From positions 375,410,001 through 375,474,000 of the forward strand of contig OZ024741.1 of NCBI GenBank assembly GCA_964016885.1: a stretch of DNA of 64,000 nt, in the 5' to 3' direction. Source of the stretch: Eledone cirrhosa (taxonomy: Eukaryota). Position numbers and translations under genes: made by a program. The notes under the pieces were generated by a model. The model searched no databases. It was given only the letters and a program-made list of their open reading frames with translations, and had not been told where the DNA came from. Below are positions 53,978 through 64,000 of the stretch, piece by piece; position 1 is the first letter of the stretch, and each line of letters begins with the position of its first letter.

Positions 53978-56900
53978 CTACAGGATGGTATACAGAGAAG
54001 GCCCATTTACACGAGCCATTCTCGCCACTATCACCCACCTTTCATAAAACTGCCTGTGGCCAAGCACCTCTCTTTCCATTCTTATCCTTCTTCCGAAGTG
54101 ATATCGGAAGAAGTAGACCAGACTATGGCCAGAGAGGAAGTTGCCTGACCTCAGACCTTTCAATCGTGTCCACCAAACAACCTCTTTCAACATGGCTATT
54201 ACGCACAGAAAAACCGCCTTTGCTTCCTTTGTGAAGAGGGGAGGCGGTTTGATTGTCATCACGGACTCGGCGGTCAATTTAATCGGCGCCACCCGCGACA
54301 GCAGTCGTTCGGCGTAGCCCCACAGATCAGCCACGCCCGGACATTGCACCAATGCGTGCGCAACGGTTTCTTCGTAACGCACGCATCTAGGGCAAATCTT
54401 TTTTGAGGGATCCCTGCCCGGGCGCCCGTGTCTGTAGAGCCTCTCTCGAACGGGTAGAGCCCCCCGGTAGCACTGCCAGGCCAGTGACTTCTGGAAGTTG
54501 TCCATTAGTCCTGGGCCGAAAGTCCTACCGAACAGGCTGGCCAGTTCGTCCTCTTCCATGTCCAGCGACTCTCCAAGGGTGTCATCGCCCCTGCTAGCCA
54601 CCAGCCCTCTATAGAATGATGAGGTGGATTCTCCACCGATGGCCTGGCCCGCTTGCCAGAGAGCCCTGTGCGCCTGAGCACACTCAGTGTGCCAGTCTCC
54701 CAGTTTTCCGGATCTTTGCTTGACCCATGACTGTAGCTCGGTGAGCGAGACGAGTCTCGGAAAGGCTCGTTTCACGAACGGATCCCAGACCGGTTGACCA
54801 GTGAGGAATACCTGTAGGTGCCGTAGCCTTAATGCGTGCCTACGCATCATCAACCACGGCATCCCCAGCCCTCCTTTCGAAGGTTGTTGGCAGCAGATGG
54901 ATCTTCTCACCATAGGAGGGCGCTTCTTCCAAAGAAATTGGAAGAGCATGCGTTCCATGGTGGTGAGTGTTTCCTTAGGGCAAGGCACGACAGTCAGGCG
55001 GTAGTAAGTGACGGACGCTATGTAAATGTTCGCCACCTCCGCCCGGCCTTTTAGGGACAGCTTACACTTGGCCCATTTCTGGGTTAGTGCAAACACCTTG
55101 TTCGTAACCTCGTTCCAGTTCTTTTCCACCTGGAGGTCCGGTCCAAACCAGACCCCAAGCAACTTTACCGGGCCCTCCGTCCAGTGTCCGACGACACCGT
55201 CAGGAGGCATCGGTCTGCCTCTCCACGTTCCGAGTTGCAGCCCGATGGATTTTTCCCGGTTCAGTTTCGCTCCTGACAACCTTTCGTACTCCTCCAGTAA
55301 GGTACCGATCGCCTCGATCTCCGAGTCGGTCGATACCATTACTGTTACGTCATCGGCGTAGGCCGACACCGCTTTGCTCAATCCTGGTTCCAGGGGGATA
55401 CCCTGCAACAACTCCAACTTCCTCAGTAAAGGCTTGAGAGTCAATACGTACAGAAGGGAGGAGAGAGGGCACCCCTGTCGAATGGATCGTGTGATTTCGA
55501 ACGGCTTAGAAAGGTAGCCCTTCACCTTGATCCTAGAACAGATGTGGTTGCTATGTAAGGCAGTGATCCGGCCTCTGAAAACAGGACCGAACCCAGCCGC
55601 CGCTAGCACCGCATCCAGGTAACCATGGTCGACCCTATCGAAGGCCTTAGACTGATCCAAGTTGATCAGGGCCCCACCGAAGCCGGGTTTGTTGCCAACC
55701 CTCTCTATGATGTATCGCATGAGGTGGAGGTTATCGTGAATGGACCTGGATGGGATAGCACATGTCTGCGCATCTCCCACCAGGCCACCCACGACAAGCG
55801 CCAACCTCTTTGCTAACACCTTGGCCAAAATCTTTAACTCTGTGTTTAGCAGGGTTATGGGCCGAAAATTATTTATACTATCTCCCTTGTTCTCGTCCTT
55901 CCTCACCAGCGTGACTACGCCCTTGGCTACAGAACAAGGAATTCTCCCGTTCTGCTGCCAATTGCAGTAGACCGCTTCGAGGAGTTCGAAGAAGAAGACC
56001 GGCATTGCTAAATAAAGTTCGTAAGGTATACCATCGAGACCTGGAGATTTGCGTCTGCTGCATTGGCTCAGCGCATCTCCGATCTCATCAGCCGAGATTG
56101 GTCCCTCGCAGGACTCTGCCTCTTCGCTGGAGAGACGCGGCAGGCCGTCGAGGTATGGACCGAAATCCACGCCCCCGCCCAGACCCTCGCCTCCCCCGAA
56201 CAATCGGGCAAAGTGCCTTTGAAAGGCCTCGCACATCTGCTTAGGCTCCCGGATCACCCGTCCATCTTCGTCTTGCAACGACCGGATGGTGGATCGATTT
56301 CCACTCTTAGCTTCTGTCACGCGGGCCCAGCCAACGGCTTTGGCTCCCTCATTACCTAGAGCACGTATTTTACTTCGAATGACACAGCCTTCGTGCTTTG
56401 CATCGAAAAACTGGTTCAAGGCCGTCCTCGATGCCAGCACTCTGGCCACATCTTCGCTCTTGATTGCCTCTTCTAATTTACCTGTTAATTCTTTCTCGTT
56501 TCTATTCCTATCGGCAGCTAACATCTTGCTATAACTTATTAATTCTGTTCTAATCTCTCTTTTGAGAGATGCCCACCATCGGTTGTTGACGATTGCACCC
56601 GTCAACCTCTCCTTAACTAATCTGCTAATCCGGTTTCTGTAAGTCTCTTTTGCCGGTAAAGACAAATTAAGTTTCCAGTAACCGGGACCCTGTTTATGTG
56701 TTTTCTCGAGATTGACTACGCCGGTCATTAATTTGTGATCCGTGTAGCCAACCGTGCGCATTTCTGGACAGCTTAATATGTCCCTATCCTTACTTCTAAC
56801 TAAGAATCTATCTAAGTACGATCTAGATTGACCACTGTGGTTTCTCCAAGTCCAGGTAGGCACAGTTGGAAAATCTAGTCGATATCTATCGACCAAGTTA

Positions 56901-57414
56901 AAACGGTCGAGTAACCCCTTGAGGCTGTTACACCCCCTCTATTAGGACATGCTCCTGCATAGTCCCAACATGCATCTAGGATGTCATTCCAATCCCCCGC
57001 TAGAAGCAGGGAACACGACGTTCCCAGAAAAGTCTCCAAACGCTGGAAGAAGTCGGGCCGTTCAGCTCCGAAAGGGGAGTAGACGGCGACCAGTCTCAAG
57101 GCCGCACTTTCACTACTGCCAACGTCTAGCACCAACAAACGACCCTCCAGGTCCGAGTGCACAACCTGTACGGCAAGACCCAGGTGTTTTTGCAGCAGTA
57201 CGACAACCCCACCCCCACCTCCAGGTTGACAGAGAGATGCATGCACCTCAAAGTCATCGAAGGTGGGGGCCAGCTGCCGCACGACGCTGATTCGAGTCTC
57301 ACAGATAACCATTACATTTATACTACATGACCTGAGGTCATTTAGAAGCTTTGCTTGCTTCCAAGTTGAGCCCAGGCCACGTGCATTCAAACATCCTACT
57401 CTTAACACATCCAT
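53978..57414 (-). CDS. Tx1-like ORF2 (APE-RT-CCHC), about 1145 aa if a single 1 nt G-run deletion near 56935 is corrected
   Basis: LNARGL, ICETR, GDWN, YLDRFL, TDH, LDQSKAFDRV, QGCPLS, YADD, CPRCVRYEETVAHALVQC; G5 here vs G6 in copy 1. Confidence 0.92.
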
Positions 57415-57447
57415 GTGGGCGGCAGAGCCAAAGGAGAGTGTAGAGAC

Positions 57448-59349
57448 CTACCTTTCCGCTTCCCGGGGTTCGGGTTGCACGACTTCCATGGGGTCGGGGG
57501 TGTTGGGTGAAGGGGTGTCTTGTGGTGGTGTGGGGTCGTCAGTGTGTGGTGGGGTTGGGGTGTTTGGAGTTGTGTTGGGGAGGGGAAGGGGAGGGGGAAA
57601 GCTTTTTAGTAGGACGCGGTTTATGGGTTTGACAGAGGGTTGTCCTACGTCCTCCTTAAAATCCTTTTTTAGTTTTTGGTAGAGGTTCATTGGGATCTTT
57701 ATTAATTTTAAATGTGGGTAGTTTTCTGACGAAACAAAGTTTACACCTTCGGTTTGTACCGAAGGATTATTGTATATGAGTTCATTTAATTTATTATTGT
57801 TTCTGTTGATGTAAGTATAGTGTAATGTCTTTTTTTCGGATGGTGTGAGTGTTTCGAAGAGGGGAGGGGCAAGTTTGGTTTTGTTTGTTGCTGGAGGGGT
57901 GTTTCCTGTTTTGTTGGATTGTGTTGAGATTTGGGTGGGGGTTGTTTGGCCTTGTGTGTTTTGCACATGTTTTCTTTTTTTCCTTTTAATCTGTCTGAAG
58001 GACTCCATTTCTTCCTCCGAATTCGTTGGGTTATCTTCAGTGTTGGAGGGAAGAGGTATGTTTGCTGGTAATGTTTCCGTGTTGGTTTTCTTTGTGGGGG
58101 AGATGGATGTCACTATGTTAGACTGTGTTGTGTGTTGTGTCTGCGGTGGTTGTGTTGTTTTATTGAGTGAGAGGTTGGGTGGGCCTGTATTTTGTTTTGG
58201 GGTAATGTGTTGTGACTGTTTGTGTTGTGGTGGTGGTGTGGTTTTACTGAGGGACGGGTTGGGTGGGACTGAGTTTTGTTGTTTGTTTATCTGTTGTGGT
58301 GGTGGTGGTGGAGCTGGTGTTGGTAGCAGGGTTTTCTTTTTGTTGAGTTGGGGACAAGCAGCCTTCAGGTGCCCTCTACCTGCACAGATATGGCAGGACG
58401 GCCTTCTCCCCTCCACGCTAATGTTTATATACCCGTGGCCCTCTAATAGGATTCTGTCGGGTATTTGGGCGATGCGTTCAGGCTTCATTTGCACTACCAG
58501 CTCTATACCTGTTCCACTGAACGCATTTCCTGTGGTTTTCCCAATGGAAATCACGTTGTCATTCACTGGATCGATGAAGCCAGCTATGAGCCAGCAATAG
58601 TCCACATCTGGCATCATTGCATCCAGCCATATGCGTTGAGTTCTTTTCCCCATATAAGATGGATAAAAGGTGAAATTTTTCGAACGAATCGGTGACAAAG
58701 CACATTTTTTTGCCGCCGATTCGTTCTTCATGATAATTGCTAGGCTTCCATACAGTCTGTCTTTTCTTATGAAAGTGGTTTCATTAAGTACTTCTGTGAG
58801 TACTGTTTTGATATCTGCTTGAGAAAGCTGTTCAGGTTTTTTTGTACTGTTGTTGATGGTGCGGAACTTGACCGTTCGGCTTTCAATGTCTTTGCTGAAT
58901 TCTTGAGGCATTTTTACCGATAAAATACCATTCTCTCCTTCACTTATGTATTGTTTGGCGTCTGTGATTCTTCGTGCCACATCTGAAATATTTTCCGGTA
59001 TATAAGTCAAAGATTTCTTTGTTGTCTGTGCAAATGAAATCTTGTCGTCTGCTTTGCTTTCTGTTATGGTGTTATTTTCAAATGTTATTTTTGTGTTTGT
59101 TGTGTCTTTGTTTGTGTTATTAGTATTGTCATGCAATTTTTCAAATTTTTTTTTTTTTCGTTGTTGGAATCCATGTCCAGATTTGTGTTTTCGTCATTTT
59201 TTTTTCTCCGCAGATTCGTCTGTCTTTATTTTAATTTTTCCTTCCTTCTCTATGACGTTAGTTGGGAAGGAAGGGGGGACTAAAGCGTGCGAGCTTACAA
59301 CTCTTACCGCTGTCCCCCCACCACTATTTTCGTTCGCTGCGTTTAACAT
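57448..59349 (-). CDS. Tx1-like ORF1; only homopolymer frameshifts near 59150 and 59200
   Basis: Starts MLNAANENSGGG; CCHC knuckle CHICAGRGHLKAAC; 562 aa open segment 57448-59136. Confidence 0.88.
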
Positions 59350-59592
59350 TTCTGTTAGACGATTGAAATTTTTTTGCCACAAAATTTTTTAAAACAGGTT
59401 TTTCACCTCTAGGAGGGGTAAAGATGAGCTGACCCACCGCCTGACAGTTCAGACGGGGGGTCAAGCTACACAATTGTATCAAAATTAAATTTGAACTCAC
59501 AAAATTTCCGCAATAAATTTGAACAAAACTTCTGCGCGAAGTGAATTACATCCACACTGTAGAACAGACGACAGCTAGATTGAAAAAAAAAG

Positions 59593-59641
<49 letters not shown>

Positions 59642-59662
59642 TATAGATGGATGGATGGATGG

Positions 59663-59734
<72 letters not shown>

Positions 59735-60037
59735 AGAACTCGGCAGTAAACATTTATGTGCTTGAGGTGTGAGAAAGTTCTAATACAAAATGAACCTTAC
59801 ACAATAGTTAGACGTGAGTAAATATTGTCAAGAACATGTATGGAAACAGTGAAGCTGAGACAAAGGAGTGTATTGTTATTATATTACATTGCGTCTGTCT
59901 CTTAACTGATAATAAAATGGTATCTGTGGCTGGGGGTTCTCAGTTTCTGGACTTGAGAGTGAAATATCCGTTACCTTGGAGGTAAGATTGACACTTATAT
60001 AGGGAATACAGAATGGTGTATTGTGACACACATACAT

Positions 60038-60083
<46 letters not shown>

Positions 60084-60339
60084 ACAAACACACATATATA
60101 AACACACACACACATACAAACACAGACACACACATACATATACACACACATAAATATATATAAACACATCCACACATACACATACATGCACACACATCTA
60201 CACACATACATACACACAAACACACACACATATACGCACATACACACACATATATATACTCATATGCATACACACACATAGTCACACCGATACACACACA
60301 CACATACACTCATACACAGAGACATGCATTCATATATAA

Positions 60340-60660
60340 GCACTACCAACAATACCACCACCACCACTACCACCCCCACCACTACCACCATAACCACCAC
60401 TACCACCCCCACCACTAACACCATCACCACCACTACCACCCCAACCACTACCACCATAACCACCACTAGCACCCCCACCACAACCACCATCACCACCACT
60501 ACCACCACTACCACCACTACCACCATAACCACCACTACCACCATCACCACCACTACCACCCCCACCACAACTTCCATCACCACCACTACCACCACTACCA
60601 CTACCACCATCACCACCACTACCACCACTACCACCACCACCACCCCTACCACCACCAAGC
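60340..60660. repeat. Degenerate (ACC/ACT)n trinucleotide repeat
   Basis: Seen directly. Confidence 0.9.
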
Positions 60661-60724
60661 AACATTAAACCAATTATATTTCACATGTCTCCGGGACATA
60701 CAGAAATATCATACTGAATATTTT

Positions 60725-61872
60725 ATTGTTGTTATTGTTGATGTTGTTATGGTTGTTATTGTTGATGTTATTGTTGTTGATGTTGTTATGGTTGTTATTG
60801 TTGATGTTATTGTTGTTGATGTTGTTATGGTTGTTATTGTTGATGTTATTTTGTCGTTGATGTTGTTATGGTTGTTATTGTTGATGTTATTTTGTCGTTG
60901 ATGTTGTTATGGTTGTTATTGTTGATGTTATTGTTGTTGATGTTGTTATGGTTGTTATTGTTGATGTTATTTTGTCGTTGATGTTGTTATGGTTGTTATT
61001 GTTGATGTTATTTTGTCGTTGATGTTGTTATGGTTGTTATTGTTGATGTTATTGTTGTTGATGTTGTTATGGTTGTTATTGTTGATGTTATTTTGTCGTT
61101 GATGTTGTTATGGTTGTTATTGTTGATGTTATTTTGTCGTTGATGTTGTTATGGTTGTTATTGTTGATGTTATTGTTGTTGATGTTGTTATGGTTGTTAT
61201 TGTTGATGTTATTTTGTCGTTGATGTTGTTATTGTTGATGTTATTTTGTCGTTGATGTTGTTATGGTTGTTATTGTTGATGTTATTGTTGTTGATGTTGT
61301 TATGGTTGTTATTGTTGATGTTATTTTGTCGTTGATGTTGTTATGGTTGTTATTGTTGATGTTATTGCTGTTGATGTTGTTATGGTTGTTATTGTTGATG
61401 TTGTTATTGCTGATGTTGTTATGGTTGTTGTTGATATGGCTGTTATTGTTGATGTTATTGCTGTTGATGTTGTTATGGTTGTTATTGTTGATGTTGTTGT
61501 TACTGTGAGTGTTGTTATGGTTGTTATTGTTGATGTTGTTGTGAATGTTGTTATAGCTGTTATTGTTGTTACTGTTATTGTTATTGTTGTTGTTGTTGTC
61601 AATGTTGTTATGGCTGTTATTGTTGATGTTGGTGTTGTTTATGATGTTGATGTTGTTTTGTTGTTGTTAATGTTGTTAATGTTGTGTGGATGTTGTCATT
61701 GATCATGTTGTTATTGGTGTTGTTATCGTTATTTTTGCTAAAGATGTTGTTGGTGTTATTGATGTTGTTATCGTGGTAGTCATGGGTGACATCGACGTTG
61801 TTATGGCTGTAAATCTTGATGTTGCTATGATTATTGATATTGTTATCATTGATGTTGTTGATGTTGTTATCG

Positions 61873-61904
<32 letters not shown>

Positions 61905-61930
61905 ATAATCGTTGTTGTTTTGTTGTTGAT
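60725..61930. repeat. GTT-derived minisatellite with 39/41 bp units decaying into degenerate (GTT/GAT)n
   Basis: Unit GTTGATGTTGTTATGGTTGTTATTGTTGATGTTATT followed by GTT or TTGTC. Confidence 0.9.
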
Positions 61931-61989
61931 GTATCATTATCGCAATATTCCACTCCATTATCACTATAATATTTATATTTCTACCTTTT

Positions 61990-62815
61990 AGGGCGGTGGA
62001 TTAGCAGAATCAGTAGAGCGTCGGACACCTTGCTTCGTGGCATAGTTACGTCTCTTTACGTTCTGAGTTGAAATCCCGCCGAGGTTAACTTTGCCTTTCA
62101 TCCAGGAGACCTAGGAGGAGACCTCGAGCAAGATGTATAATAACATCCATGAGCTTAGCTGGTCTCCAGTGGGGATTCACCTGGATCAATTGGAGTCGGT
62201 TGCTTGTGACAGGACCCGATAAAGGGTGTGTTTGGGGTCCCTCCCCTCTCAGGAAGAAAAAAGAAGACATGGTGTATTTAGGATCACATTATCCAATGTC
62301 TTTCAGATATAGTGTATCTAAGACCACAGCATCCAGAGTGTCCACTCCTTTTTAAAACCCGGAGATATAGTTGGTATGTCTAGTCAGTCGACTAACAAGG
62401 TAGAAGCGCCATCGCTGATCCGAAACTATTATTATTATTATAGGGCGGTGGATTGGCAGTATCGGTAGAGGGTCTGACGCCATGCTTTGCAGCAAAGAGT
62501 TACGCCCCTTTATGGTTTGAGTTCAAATCCCGCCGAGGTTAACTTTGCCTTTCATCCTTACGGGGTCGATAAAATAAAGTACCAGTAATGCACTGGATAA
62601 TTGCTGGCCTTGTGCCAAAAGTAGAAACAATTATTATTATTATTATTATTTCACGACCCTTTACGTTCTGAGTTCAAATCTCGCTGAAGTTAGCTTTGCT
62701 TTTCATCCTTGCGGGGTCGATAAAATAAAGCACCAGTAATGCACTGGGGTTGATTTAATCGACTTTCCCCTTCCTCAAAATTGCTGGCCTTGTGCCTATA
62801 ATAGAAACCATTATT
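61990..62815 (+). mobile_element. SINE family A copies (61990-62105 partial, 62442-62632, 62660-62812) and an RTE 3' fragment (62105-62225)
   Basis: SINE head and body motifs; the RTE piece reads RRPRARCIITS/NIHELSWS..GIHLDQLESVACDR. Confidence 0.75.
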
Positions 62816-64000
62816 ATTGTTAGTACTTTTTAACGTAGTTAGCATGGAATAAGTAGCTGATTTCCAAGACATGTTTTTATTTTCTAGTTTCAAGTAACAA
62901 CATCATGCTATTTCTTTCTTAATTTATTTCCTATTCGTATTCTTAGATTTCACTGAATATTTTCAATATGTAAATGTAAATGTCTTCTTTATTTTTCTTA
63001 ACTCTATCAGACATTCCAGAGAAGTAAAAAAAAAAAAAAAAAAAATGAAGCCACTCCCTCACCAAATTTATACTTGAGCTGGTTTTGTATAGTCTACATT
63101 AAATTTGAAGGTTTATTTTATTGGGTTTTTTTCTCTTTCTATTTTAGCGTATAAAATACATTGACGGAAAGATATAACAATGACTGAACGATTAAGAAGT
63201 TCGTTTTATAATCCTAATATCCTGGACTTGACACATTGCACAGCACTTTGGTCAATCTAATAGACAGGATCATAGCTTAGAATAAAATGCTTTACGCTAT
63301 TTGTTCCGACTCTCTGCGCTTTGAATTCGAACCCCGCCGGAGTCAACTTTGCCTTTCATCCTTCCGAAATCGATAAAATATAATATCAGCCCAGGGCGGT
63401 GGATTTAGGATTTTTTATTTATTTATTTATTTATGTATTTATTTATTTATTTATTTATTTTGTTCCAATCTTTTACCTTCTCAGATCAAATTCCGCTGTG
63501 ACCTAATTGGATGGCACACTTAATTCGTCACTCGATTTAACACCATTATCTGACCCTTTGGTGCCGTTAGCAGATTCCACGCCTTCTCATCAGTCTCTGG
63601 GACACTGAAACACGTCATAGGCACTGAATGATACCCCTATTCCCACCCTCCTTGACTAAACAATAAAAAAAAAACAACATTGTGTGTGAAATTGGATTCT
63701 GGTTTATTCTCAGCCCTGCTCGGATCAACCAGTTGTATGATTAAATGTGTTCCAGTTATGATCATTCAATTTTTGATTCAGACATACCATACATACCGTA
63801 TCCAATGTGTCTTTCTTTTTTTAATAGGTTGTGATCTAAAAAAAAATGTTTCTGCTACTTGTAATAAATCGAGTAACCCCATATGGCTCTCTTGAATAGA
63901 TGAACTGTAGCTTTAATTTAAAAGTCCAACTTTATCACTTATCTAGAACTTGGGAGCCCGGGGCACCTCAGGTTTTTTTTTTGGGGGGGGGGGGGGGGGG

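Larger units (their letters stand above)
53761..59586 (-). mobile_element. Full-length L1/Tx1-clade retrotransposon, copy 2
   Basis: Near-identical reverse complement of copy 1; 19 bp TSD AAAAAGAGATAGATAGATA at 53742-53760 and 59587-59605; abuts (GATA)n. Confidence 0.95.

Noticed and set aside
60260-61991. Poly-Thr mucin-like, Gly/Ser-rich and poly-Val ORFs
   Set aside because: Trinucleotide-derived repeats are open in several frames on both strands; the 41 bp units break frame; no splice or start context.
63970-64000. Terminal T10/G18 run
   Set aside because: At the window edge with no context; possibly a sequencing artefact.

Overview
Repeat-saturated animal genomic DNA. The dense (TA)n/(CA)n/(GA)n/(TATC)n microsatellites and the SINE repertoire suggest an octopod cephalopod, but that assignment is inference. 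No complete host gene can be supported; there are only a few short exon-like segments and a possible decayed death-domain-like reading frame. Two near-identical, full-length L1/Tx1-clade non-LTR retrotransposons dominate the window in convergent orientation (11277-17311 + and 53761-59586 -). ORF1 has a CCHC knuckle; ORF2 has APE endonuclease, RT and a C-terminal zinc finger. Both copies sit at the end of a (TATC)n/(GATA)n tract with 19-24 bp TSDs. Older 5'-truncated relatives are stacked head-to-tail and separated by (TATC)n, which suggests a GATA-microsatellite-targeting family. In both copies ORF1 and ORF2 are in the same frame, separated by a single UAG and 11 open codons, so readthrough or A-to-I recoding is a candidate expression route. 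Also present: Penelope-like elements with minimal hammerhead ribozyme cores and fold-back palindromes, a young ~600 bp bipartite RTE-derived element (3 copies), RTE and CR1 fragments, many tRNA-derived SINEs in arrays, hAT MITEs with 8 bp TSDs, two non-autonomous Helitrons, a probable solo LTR and a higher-order minisatellite. Most short ORFs in the track are microsatellite or antisense artefacts.
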